Source: an uncultured bacterium
GTDB lineage: Bacteria; Bacteroidota; Bacteroidia; Bacteroidales; CAIXTV01
NCBI GenBank assembly: GCA_903922465.1
Contig: CAIXTV010000067.1
Coordinates: forward strand, 216 to 64,215
DNA length: 64,000 nt
Direction of reading: 5' to 3'
Shown here: positions 11,549-20,878 of the stretch, piece after piece
Layout: each line of letters begins with the position of its first letter
Position numbering within the stretch: position 1 is the first letter of the stretch
The notes under the pieces: model-generated
What the model saw: only the letters and a program-made list of their open reading frames with translations
What the model was told of the DNA's origin: nothing
The model's database searches: none
Translations under genes and position numbers: made by a program

Positions 11549-13687
11549 ATGAAACACACTAAAAGCCTTTTCCTCAAAACAAGAGAGGATCTGGGATATA
11601 AGGGTCCCATTAAAAGATTTGATCAAAAAAAATATCAAGCCAAACTAATTGATGGATATATTGTTCAGGGCGAAATTGTTTTTGGTTCGCGCTATAATGA
11701 TGTGGTCGCTTATGAGTTTGACCAAAACGGAAAAGTTAAAGAAGAAGAACAACATATAATAGATAGCTCATATACTTTAAATTCATATAATGAAAAGGGA
11801 GAGAAATTTGATAGTAAATTATTTTTTCAAGATGGATCTCAGAATACATATTCCACTTATGAATATGACGAAAATAGTAATATGATCGGGTTTATTCATT
11901 ACGATAGCAATAATCAACCTACTTCAAGGGCTGATTATATTTATAATAAAAAGGGATTTTTGGTGAAATATATTCATTTTGATAAAGATAATAAACTTAC
12001 CCAAACGATTAATTATATAAATGATGAGAACGGAAACCAGCTTGATCAGAAGAACTACAAGACCGATGGCACCCTTTCTTATTGGTGTGTTAATAAATAT
12101 AATGATAAGGGGCATTCCCTCGAATCTATAACAATGAATCCGGATGGTAGTGTTCAAAAGACGCTTAAATATAACTTTATATATGATGATGATGGGCATG
12201 TCATTGGGAGCAATGGGCAATTATATCGTGATGATCCTGAACCCGAACACACAGATTATGAGTTCGATGGTTTTGGCAATTGGACCTGCCGAGTTATATT
12301 TCACCACAAATTACCTGTATTTATATATCTGAGAGAAATTAGCTATCATTCAGATAATGTTGAGGAAATTATTCAGTCCGATACGCCTAAAAAAATAGCT
12401 TATACCATCAAAAAATCAGATAAAAACAAAGCAACAACCCAAAATATGGAAAACACTCCTCCTGCCACTAATCCCAAACTCGAATATCAGGAGTTGGAAG
12501 AATCTCAGGCTAAATGGCTTGCCGAAGCATGCACAGTTGAGCTATTTCCAGTGGTGCGCTATTATGCCATACAGAATAACGAAATGCCTTCAGCCACAGT
12601 TTATCGTGGACACGACATCGAAGTAACTGCACTATTAACAGAACTTCAACAAGAAATGGGGGCAAAGATAATTCATTCATATAGCCAGCAATATCTCAAT
12701 TGGGGCGAAGAGAATCTGAATAGCGTGGTGCTGCGTTTCCCCAATAAAAGATATCTCGTACTCATAAGCGGCATATATTCACAAAACGAATCGGTCTACC
12801 TAGTTCCCGAATTTTTTGATAAATATCACGAAGGCTGGGAAAGCTCATTAGATATAGGGCATCTTACATTGTACCATCCAACGGATGATTCAGACTTTCG
12901 TAGCACAGCCTTCGAAGAAGAACTTGAAAGTTATATCAACCTCTGCTCTCTCGAAAAAGTGCCCGATTTACCCGAAATACAAATGGTTGAAGTTGATGGC
13001 TCGGGCGAATATCAGTTGAAAACCTATCCCGTGAACGACAATTTTCTTATTAAAAACCTCGACATACATTATGGCTATGGTTTCGAAACCTTTCATAATA
13101 AACTTATGGATAGATTTAAACACGAAACCAAAGGACTGGTTTTGTTCCATGGCGAACCGGGCACCGGAAAAACCTACTACATCCGCCACCTGCTGCGCCA
13201 CATGGCACAAAACAATAAAGTAGTTATCTACATACCCCCTAATATGGTGGAACGATTGGTCGATCCGGCATTTTTCACCTTTCTTTCCAGCGAATTATCC
13301 GATTATTCCACAGAAGGAAAATTTTGCGTCTTACTGGTAGAAGATGCCGAGCCTCTGCTGGCTTCACGACAAAATGAAGGCAGAGTAATAGGAGTGTCCA
13401 ATTTGCTAAACCTTACCGACGGACTGTTAAACGATATGATGAAACTCCAAATCATTTGCACCTTCAACGTTAAAATACAAGAACTCGACGCAGCTCTCCT
13501 CCGCCCGGGCCGTCTGATTGCCCGAAAAGAATTTAAAGCCATGTCGATGATCGATGCCAACCGCCTGGCACAACAACTGGGCATTAAACATCATTTCACT
13601 GCCCCCGTCAGCATCGCCGAAGTGTATGCTCTTCAAAAAGACAAAAACACACTGACCCATACGTCCATTGAAGAAGAAGATTTCTGA
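11549..13687 (+). CDS. YD/RHS-like repeat domain fused to BCS1-like AAA ATPase (paralog 1)
   Basis: N-terminal YxYDxxGN-type repeats ending YEFDGFGNW...REISY; Walker A GEPGTGKT, Walker B VLLVEDAE, LLNLTDG, DAALLRPGRL. Confidence 0.8.
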   Translation: MKHTKSLFLKTREDLGYKGPIKRFDQKKYQAKLIDGYIVQGEIVFGSRYNDVVAYEFDQNGKVKEEEQHIIDSSYTLNSYNEKGEKFDSKLFFQDGSQNTYSTYEYDENSNMIGFIHYDSNNQPTSRADYIYNKKGFLVKYIHFDKDNKLTQTINYINDENGNQLDQKNYKTDGTLSYWCVNKYNDKGHSLESITMNPDGSVQKTLKYNFIYDDDGHVIGSNGQLYRDDPEPEHTDYEFDGFGNWTCRVIFHHKLPVFIYLREISYHSDNVEEIIQSDTPKKIAYTIKKSDKNKATTQNMENTPPATNPKLEYQELEESQAKWLAEACTVELFPVVRYYAIQNNEMPSATVYRGHDIEVTALLTELQQEMGAKIIHSYSQQYLNWGEENLNSVVLRFPNKRYLVLISGIYSQNESVYLVPEFFDKYHEGWESSLDIGHLTLYHPTDDSDFRSTAFEEELESYINLCSLEKVPDLPEIQMVEVDGSGEYQLKTYPVNDNFLIKNLDIHYGYGFETFHNKLMDRFKHETKGLVLFHGEPGTGKTYYIRHLLRHMAQNNKVVIYIPPNMVERLVDPAFFTFLSSELSDYSTEGKFCVLLVEDAEPLLASRQNEGRVIGVSNLLNLTDGLLNDMMKLQIICTFNVKIQELDAALLRPGRLIARKEFKAMSMIDANRLAQQLGIKHHFTAPVSIAEVYALQKDKNTLTHTSIEEEDF

Positions 13688-13738
13688 TAAGTTTTAGTTA
13701 TTCAAACAAAAATTATTAAGTTTATTAGAACGAAAAAT

Positions 13739-15877
13739 ATGAGAAATACGAATAATCAAAAAGGCAAAAACATTGACGAATACAAACTAAAGGGAAAGCT
13801 TAAACGATTAGAGGAAAATGTTTACGATGCAGCCTTGAAAGGTGGCTATATTCTGAAGAAAGAGAAGAATGAAGATATGGGTTTTGATTATAATACCATC
13901 CTCTTTTTTGATGAAAATGGAAATAAAAGAGAAGAAACATTTGGACACCTACATCAATTTCAATTGAAACATATTTTTGACGAAAATGGAGTTGAAACAG
14001 AGCAGCATTCAATTGAAAAAGATATTTTAAAAAGTATTGTTTATTTTGAATATAATGAATCAGGCAAAAAGTCTAAATTTACACACTTTGATATTGAAAA
14101 GAATTCAGTTTCTTCAATTTCTTATTGGCAGTACGATGAAAACCAAAACCTGATAAAAATAATATATAATGATGGCGATGATAATCTGACTCAAACAAAC
14201 GAATTTATTTATGATGCCAATGGACACAAAATCGAACAAAAATATACTAATGCTGATGGAAGCATAACATATTGGGCTTTATTTACTCCTGATACACATG
14301 GAAATGCAATTGAAACCAAGAAATTAAATCCTGATGGGTCTGTAAAAGAAATTGAAACCAAAACATATTATTATAATTCAGAGGGGAAAATAATAGGCAT
14401 CAACAACAAAAGTTTTAATACCAAAGATAACAATTTTTTTATCGAACAAGAATTCGATCATCATGGAAATTGGATTTTAGGAATTATGTATGAAAAAAAA
14501 ATCCCTAAGAGTCTATCATATAGGAATATAATATATTATGACGAGCCCGACAATGCTTCAAATAATGTCATTGAGGAAACAATTAAAATCCCATACCGCA
14601 AAGATAAAATTGAGGAAGAAATTGGGAAAGACCCTTCCAAAGCTAGTAGATTCAATTATCAGAAAGCACTAATAGCACATCCCGAAACCCCAAATGCTGA
14701 ATGGCTGGCTATGGGAGGGAGCTCTGGAGATTACCCTGTAATTCGACATTATGCTTTGCTAAACAAGGATATACCCTCAGCGAAACGAATTTTCGATCAA
14801 AACGTTGACGTGATTAAGCTATTGGGCGAATTGAAAGAAAATATGGAAGCGGAGATCCTATGCACCTACGATTCCTTTTATCTGAATCTACAAGAAAATG
14901 AGCTACATGATTATGTTTTAGCATTTGCAAACGAATATTATTTTTTGCAAATTAAAAACATACAAGTGCTTTCCGACAAAGAATATAATATTGAGGAATA
15001 TTTTTTTGATATGTACCCACCCAGACGAAAAGGGTATGTATATATCGGCGACATTATACTATACTATCCAAGCGAGTTTTCAGGTAAAAGAGACGAGGAC
15101 TTTGAAAGCGATTTGGAATATTATTTAGATCAATGCAATTTAGAAGAAAAACCCGAGCAACCCTATATTGAAATAGTGCAGGTGGATACAAATAATCAGT
15201 TTACTCTGAATTCTTATCCAGTTGTAAACGATTTTAGTATCAACGATTTGGATTTAAACTATGGCAAAGGATTTGAAGCTTTTCATGATAAACTGATTCA
15301 GCGGTTTAAAAGCGAAACTAAAGGATTAATACTTCTCTATGGCGACGCTGGGACTGGAAAAACCTATTACATACGTCACCTTTTACGCCATATGACAGAA
15401 AACGACAAGGTTGTAATTTATATGCCTCCCAATATGGTAGATCAACTGCTCAATCCAAACTTCATAACCTTCCTCTCCAACAGCATTTCACAGCTTGCAC
15501 GAAACGGAAATTCCTGTGTTTTATTAGTGGAAGATGCCGAACCCTTGCTCGTTTCGCGCGAACATTACTTGCGTTCAATGGGCATTTCCAATCTGTTGAA
15601 TCTCACCGATGGTCTGTTAAATGATGTGTTGAATATACAAATCATCTGCACCTTCAATGTGAAAATACACGAACTCGATAAAGCCCTCCTCCGCCCGGGG
15701 CGACTGATTGCACACAAAGAATTTAAAGCCCTCTCTGCTCTGAATGCCAACCGCCTGGCCCAACAATTGGGCATCAAACATCGCTATAGTGTTCCGGTAA
15801 ATATTTCAGATGTTTATGCCCTCCTCGAAGGGAAAGAAATCTTAACTCATGATACATTGGATGGCGAGGACGTATAA
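13739..15877 (+). CDS. YD/RHS-like repeat domain fused to BCS1-like AAA ATPase (paralog 2)
   Basis: LKGKLK start, YDxNG repeats, EFDHHGNW...RNIIYY; GDAGTGKT, VLLVEDAE, LLNLTDG, DKALLRPGRL. Confidence 0.8.
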   Translation: MRNTNNQKGKNIDEYKLKGKLKRLEENVYDAALKGGYILKKEKNEDMGFDYNTILFFDENGNKREETFGHLHQFQLKHIFDENGVETEQHSIEKDILKSIVYFEYNESGKKSKFTHFDIEKNSVSSISYWQYDENQNLIKIIYNDGDDNLTQTNEFIYDANGHKIEQKYTNADGSITYWALFTPDTHGNAIETKKLNPDGSVKEIETKTYYYNSEGKIIGINNKSFNTKDNNFFIEQEFDHHGNWILGIMYEKKIPKSLSYRNIIYYDEPDNASNNVIEETIKIPYRKDKIEEEIGKDPSKASRFNYQKALIAHPETPNAEWLAMGGSSGDYPVIRHYALLNKDIPSAKRIFDQNVDVIKLLGELKENMEAEILCTYDSFYLNLQENELHDYVLAFANEYYFLQIKNIQVLSDKEYNIEEYFFDMYPPRRKGYVYIGDIILYYPSEFSGKRDEDFESDLEYYLDQCNLEEKPEQPYIEIVQVDTNNQFTLNSYPVVNDFSINDLDLNYGKGFEAFHDKLIQRFKSETKGLILLYGDAGTGKTYYIRHLLRHMTENDKVVIYMPPNMVDQLLNPNFITFLSNSISQLARNGNSCVLLVEDAEPLLVSREHYLRSMGISNLLNLTDGLLNDVLNIQIICTFNVKIHELDKALLRPGRLIAHKEFKALSALNANRLAQQLGIKHRYSVPVNISDVYALLEGKEILTHDTLDGEDV

Positions 15878-15916
15878 CAAAGTTTTAAGACTTCTTAATG
15901 AGGCTTCCATCCAATT

Positions 15917-15974
15917 AAAAAAACAAGCTTACCAAAGAACAGCAAGAGCAAAAGTCTACCATTTCGAAACTCAA
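15917..15974 (+). repeat. Diverged 58-bp copy of an internal envC segment (9875-9932)
   Basis: 51/58 identical by manual alignment, same strand. Confidence 0.85.
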
Positions 15975-16079
15975 CAATGAAAAGGTGTTTACAAGTTCAA
16001 AATGATTAATCCCAAAAATGAAAGATAAATGTGTAAATTTGCATTGAAAACGGTCAACCGTATTTAGGCATGGACACAT

Positions 16080-16107
16080 TGTCCATTGTCAACTGTCCAT
16101 TGTCAAC
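16080..16107. repeat. Heptamer repeat tgtccat/tgtcaac x4
   Basis: tgtccat tgtcaac tgtccat tgtcaac. Confidence 0.6.
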
Positions 16108-16171
16108 TAAAAAGCCTAACTCCAAGCTATAGGCACTCTAGTCACTTCCTCAACTAATATCATATCATTTC

Positions 16172-16318
16172 CATCTAGAACAATCTTAACCCCATCCAGA
16201 ACAATCTCAACCTCATCCAGAATAATCTCAACCTCATCCAGAACAATCTCAACCTCATCCAAAACCAACTCAACCCCATTTGCAACTAACTCAACCCCAT
16301 TTGCAACTAACTCATGCT
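16172..16318. repeat. Tandem array 2: 7 x 21-bp units
   Basis: catccagaacaatctcaacct grading into catttgcaactaactcaaccc. Confidence 0.92.
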
Positions 16319-16458
16319 CATATTACAAAATCTAAGCCATATTCCACTAATTACAAGACAAATAATCAATCACTTAACCCTTTTTCGCCCAATTAATACA
16401 TCAACTCAAACCAATCTAACTAAGAACTAATTCTGCCGAAAATAATTCTATCATATTT

Positions 16459-16807
16459 ATGTTGAAAAAAAATATTACCTAAAGTTTTTCTCATTTCTAA
16501 TTACTCATTTTAGATTTTCCCAACTAGCTTATTATGAAGCATTCTTTCTTGCTTCGCGTCGTGCCGATATTGGCGTACATCACACCGGGCTAAATGCTTC
16601 AGTAACTCTTAATGGCGCCGCTGTTGCAGGAGGAATCGTAAGCGTTGGCGAAAAAACTTCAGTTTCTAACACCGAAGGAATTTGCGATCCAATTATTGTA
16701 CGTTCAGGCTTAAAAGAAATCACTTGTGAACTTTCCGGACAAACTAAAAAACAATCAACCACCGTTTCATCCGTGGTCACATGGACGATATGACATTCGA
16801 ATTCTAA
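16459..16807 (+). pseudogene. Decayed remnant of a helical + Ig/carboxypeptidase-regulatory-like protein gene
   Basis: Startless open frame 16446-16793 (LITHFRFSQLAYYEAFFLASRRADIG...VSVGEKTSVSNTEG...); out-of-frame ATG at 16459; plausible tail KTINHRFIRGHMDDMTFEF* in shifted frame; followed by terminator. Confidence 0.55.
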
Positions 16808-16837
16808 ACAAAATTGTCTTTACCCCAAATATCAATT

Positions 16838-16866
16838 CCCGCATTCTGTCCCTGCGGGTTTTTTTT
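16838..16866 (+). terminator. Rho-independent terminator
   Basis: cccgca-N9-tgcggg followed by T8. Confidence 0.7.
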
Positions 16867-16978
16867 ATCCCTTTAGTTCTTGAAACCTGCCAGGTTTAAC
16901 CTTCTATTCTAGTTCTTTCTTCCCTTTGAATTTGGAATTTGGATCTTCCACTTCTTCCTACAGCCTAAGGTCTATAGC

Positions 16979-18256
16979 CTAATAGCCAACTTGCATTTTC
17001 TTCCAAAGTCTCTTACTCAACATCCGCGATTGTTCCAACACAGCCCCTTCATCAATGCGGGTGAGCACTTTATCTTTCAACACCATTTCTCCTTTGGAAA
17101 CAACATGGCGGACATGTGCGGCATTCAAGCCAAACACAAAATGCCCTAAGAAATTATCCTGACCAAAAGCCGTGGGGGTATCATAATCCAACACCACCAG
17201 ATTATTGGCACTATGGCCATTGAACCCGTTCGTTTTCAAATATCGGTCGGCATTGCGGAAACGCTGATAGACGCTTTCGTAATTGATATTATCGAATCTT
17301 TGTCCAACAAAAAAAGCGGCTTTGGCACTGCGGAGCATATCGCTGTGCATGCCGTCGGTGCCCACCATTATATTTGAACCAAGTCCTGCACCATTGAAGT
17401 AACCCACATTGTTGTTGAGATTGCTTTCGGTGTTTTGCACCACCCAACAGGGGCTGTTTCGGATGAGCTCTTTTTCAGCATCATTCAAGTGCAGGCAATG
17501 CCCCAGTATGGTCTTTTCGAAATCCAACATGCCATGTTGTTGCAGGCGTTCCACTATACGTTTGTGGTAATGTTCCACACAATGCTCCTGATCGCTTTCA
17601 GCTTCTGCCACATGAATATGGATGCCACTTTTATATTCCTTTGCAAGACTTACTGCCTTTTGCAGCGTATCATACGAAACCGTAAAAGAAGCATGCAAAC
17701 CCACCAATCCTTGACGGGAACTGAGGTATTGAGCCGTTTCATCAAGCCCTTGTTGCGCTTTCTCCAATCCGCCACGATCGGTAATTTCATAGCAAAGCAA
17801 ATGCGAAGCCCCCACTTGCTCAAATGCACGGGCAATAATATCGAGCGAACCTTTAATATAATTGGGCGAAGCATGATGGTCAATCACGAAGGTGACCCCG
17901 TTTTTAATACAAGCCATAGCGGTAGTGAGGGCACTGGCTTCAATCATTTCGACATCGAGACAAGTATCCAGGGTCCACCAAACATATTGCAATATTTCAT
18001 TAAAGTTCTTTGGAATCACTTTGGGCGCGCCCATGCCCCTAGCCAATGCCGAATACACATGATGATGCCCGCAAACAAAAGATTGGGTAACGTATTTCCC
18101 TTTGCAATCGATAATATTAAGGTTCGAAACATCATCAGGCAATTGGTTGAGCAATTCGATTTTCCCTTCTAATCCTTCATGAACCAGAATATGCTTTGAG
18201 CTAAATTCAAGCGTTTCGGGATGAATATAGGTGCCATTGGTGAGTAGTATAGCCAT
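16979..18256 (-). CDS. ssnA: SsnA-like metal-dependent aminohydrolase
   Basis: HHHVYSALARG, DHHAS, GLHASFT, HIHVAE, GTDG; adjacent to XDH. Confidence 0.8.
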   Translation of the reverse strand: MAILLTNGTYIHPETLEFSSKHILVHEGLEGKIELLNQLPDDVSNLNIIDCKGKYVTQSFVCGHHHVYSALARGMGAPKVIPKNFNEILQYVWWTLDTCLDVEMIEASALTTAMACIKNGVTFVIDHHASPNYIKGSLDIIARAFEQVGASHLLCYEITDRGGLEKAQQGLDETAQYLSSRQGLVGLHASFTVSYDTLQKAVSLAKEYKSGIHIHVAEAESDQEHCVEHYHKRIVERLQQHGMLDFEKTILGHCLHLNDAEKELIRNSPCWVVQNTESNLNNNVGYFNGAGLGSNIMVGTDGMHSDMLRSAKAAFFVGQRFDNINYESVYQRFRNADRYLKTNGFNGHSANNLVVLDYDTPTAFGQDNFLGHFVFGLNAAHVRHVVSKGEMVLKDKVLTRIDEGAVLEQSRMLSKRLWKKMQVGY

Positions 18257-18259
18257 AGT

Positions 18260-20821
18260 TTACACTTTCTTTTTCATAGGTAAATGATATCGTCTCTTTC
18301 CATCAAAATCGCAAAGAGCATTCGCTACAGCCGCAGCTGTTGGCACCAGTCCGATTTCGCCTAAACCCTTTGCCCCATAAGGACCAACAGGGTCTTCCAC
18401 TTCGACACCCAACACCACAATATTGGGAGTTTCTTTTGCCTTTAATATGCCAAGGTCGCGCATCTTGTAGGATAGCACATGACCATCTTTCATGGGTAAA
18501 TCTTCGGTAAGAGCATAGCCCAAGCCCATGTGTACCGCTCCTTCAATCTGCCCTTCGAACATCACAGGATTCATGATTTTCCCTGCATCGTGGGCAGCAT
18601 AAACCGTCTCAATTTCGCCTGCGTCATCCAAAACCACCAACTGTGCGGCATAGCCATACGAATAATGGGTAATCACTTCTTTAACATCTGCCCCGGGTTT
18701 GGTGGTCCAGTCGCAGGTATAATTTCCTTTATAGGTGTTTCCTGCTAATTCCTCTAGCTTATGATGTTCAAGGTCTTTCTTTATTTGTTTTGATGCATCA
18801 ATTATAGCAAGCCCCAATAAGGCAGTTGCTCTTGATGAAGTAGTCATACCTGTTGGAATAGCAGCATTGGTATCCACATAAACATCCACAATTTCGGGAG
18901 CAATCCCTGTTTCATGATGCAGGGTTTGAATTGCCATATTGTGTATCCCCTGACCCATTTCTGTCCAACCATGATGCAGTTCCACTTTCGTTTCTGAAAT
19001 GATTTTGATGATAACATCACTATCATCGAGCATTCCATTTCCCACACCAGAGTTTTTAATACCACAGGCAAGTCCTTTAAAACGGGCTGCATCGTAATAT
19101 GGTTTTAGTTTTTTCAGACAAGCTTTTATGCCCACTCCCGACTTTAATAATTGTCCTGTGGAGGTCTTTTTGCCATTATCCAGCGCATTGTCATAACGAA
19201 TTTGCCAACGGTCGAAACCACCCATTTTGCAAAGTTCATCAATGCAACTTTCCAAAGCAAAAGCCGCCTGATTTGCCCCGAAACCCCGCATAGCTCCGCT
19301 GGGAATATTATTGGTATAAACTGTTTTGGCTTCAAGGTTTACGGTGGGGAAATAGTAACCACCAGTGGCATGTCCGGCAACTCGCTCCATCACTTTTGTA
19401 CCCACAGAAGCATAAGCTCCACTATCGCCAACCGCCATCACCTTTGCCGCGGTGAACATTCCTTTAGAATCGCAACCAATGGCAATATCCATAAAAACAG
19501 GATGGCGTTTGGGATGCATTCGGATGGAATCCTCACGTGAAAGTACCACCTTGACGGGTTTCTGTAAAAGATAAGCAAACAAAGCAGCATGCCCTTGAAC
19601 AGTCATATCCTCTTTCCCACCAAAACCGCCCCCGGTTGGAACTAAAGTTACATGCACTTTCTCTTCGGGAAGCCTAAGGATTTTGGCAACTTGCTTTCTG
19701 TCGACATATATTCCCTGCCCGTTTGTATAGAGATGAATTCCATCTTTTTCGGGAAGAGCAATGGCTGCTTCTGTTTCAAGAAAAGCATGTTCGATGCGCT
19801 GGGTAGTATAAAACCCTTTTGCCACATAAGCCGACTCTTTCAATATCTTTTCCGCATCACCATCACGATATACCTTGCAGTTTTCAAGCAGATTTGCATG
19901 ATGGGGATGCACCTGAGGTGAATCTTCTTTCATGGCATCAAAAGGGTCGGTTACCGGAGTTAGTACCTCATAATCTACTTTGATAAGTTTGGTCGCTTTT
20001 CGGGCAATTTCTTCTGTATCGGCAACTACGCCTGCAATTACATCTCCAATATATCGTGTAATTTCACCTTCACCTATCATCAGAGGCCAATCCTGATAAA
20101 TCAATCCAATCATCTTATCACCAGGAACATCCTTATCGGTAAATATTCTTTGAACACCCTCAAGTTTCAGTGCTTCTGTGGTATCTATTCTAATCACTTT
20201 TGCTCGTGGATGCGCACTGAAAAGCAATGCCCCATGAGCCATCCCATCAAAAGTCATATCGTTTACAAACTTTCTTTCTCCAATGGCAGTTTGATAAGCT
20301 TGATACTTTGGATAAGAGGTGCCCACATCTCCTGTGTTGGGAGTATATTCCACCAGTTTATTTTCATGCAGACTTTTTGCGGCAAGCTCGATGGCTTCAA
20401 TGATTTTTATATATCCGGTGCAACGACAAAGGTTTAGGGTTAATGCTTGTTTTATTTCTTCTTTTGTTGGAAGTGGATTTTTCTGAAGCAATACTTTGGT
20501 TCGCATTAGGAAGCCGGGAGTACAAAATCCGCATTGTACGGCTCCTTTTTCAACATAAGCTTTGGCAAGAATATCCTTAATCGGCTGAGGAACCCCTTCC
20601 ATTGTGATAACCTCTGACCCTTGCAGTTTTTTCATCAAAGTTACACAGGATAATTTGGCTTCTCCGTTAATCTCCACCATACAAGCCCCACATGCCGATT
20701 GAGCAGAACATCCGTCTTTTACCGAAGTAATGCCTTGTTGAAGGCGCAGAAAGTTTAGTAAGGATATTTCTTCATTGCCTTTATATTCTACGTTTTTCCC
20801 GTTGAGATTAAACTGTATCAT
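18260..20821 (-). CDS. xdh: Selenium-dependent xanthine dehydrogenase-like molybdenum hydroxylase (2Fe-2S + Moco domains fused)
   Basis: VKDGC..Q..CGAC, QCGFCTPG, NLCRCTGY, GGGFGGKED, AMRGFG, GQIEG, GAKGLGE. Confidence 0.85.
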   Translation of the reverse strand: MIQFNLNGKNVEYKGNEEISLLNFLRLQQGITSVKDGCSAQSACGACMVEINGEAKLSCVTLMKKLQGSEVITMEGVPQPIKDILAKAYVEKGAVQCGFCTPGFLMRTKVLLQKNPLPTKEEIKQALTLNLCRCTGYIKIIEAIELAAKSLHENKLVEYTPNTGDVGTSYPKYQAYQTAIGERKFVNDMTFDGMAHGALLFSAHPRAKVIRIDTTEALKLEGVQRIFTDKDVPGDKMIGLIYQDWPLMIGEGEITRYIGDVIAGVVADTEEIARKATKLIKVDYEVLTPVTDPFDAMKEDSPQVHPHHANLLENCKVYRDGDAEKILKESAYVAKGFYTTQRIEHAFLETEAAIALPEKDGIHLYTNGQGIYVDRKQVAKILRLPEEKVHVTLVPTGGGFGGKEDMTVQGHAALFAYLLQKPVKVVLSREDSIRMHPKRHPVFMDIAIGCDSKGMFTAAKVMAVGDSGAYASVGTKVMERVAGHATGGYYFPTVNLEAKTVYTNNIPSGAMRGFGANQAAFALESCIDELCKMGGFDRWQIRYDNALDNGKKTSTGQLLKSGVGIKACLKKLKPYYDAARFKGLACGIKNSGVGNGMLDDSDVIIKIISETKVELHHGWTEMGQGIHNMAIQTLHHETGIAPEIVDVYVDTNAAIPTGMTTSSRATALLGLAIIDASKQIKKDLEHHKLEELAGNTYKGNYTCDWTTKPGADVKEVITHYSYGYAAQLVVLDDAGEIETVYAAHDAGKIMNPVMFEGQIEGAVHMGLGYALTEDLPMKDGHVLSYKMRDLGILKAKETPNIVVLGVEVEDPVGPYGAKGLGEIGLVPTAAAVANALCDFDGKRRYHLPMKKKV

Positions 20822-20878
20822 GGAATATTGATTTGAGGATAAAATTAAAGAATATATTATTGCTGAAACGGAATTACC

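Noticed and set aside
11549-15877. RHS polymorphic toxin or DGR target
   Set aside because: No RHS core DPxG motif, toxin tip or immunity gene; no reverse transcriptase or TR/VR pair
17435-18172. 245-aa plus-strand ORF and other long antisense ORFs (e.g. 5772-6239, 35211-35714)
   Set aside because: Shadows of well-supported genes on the opposite strand
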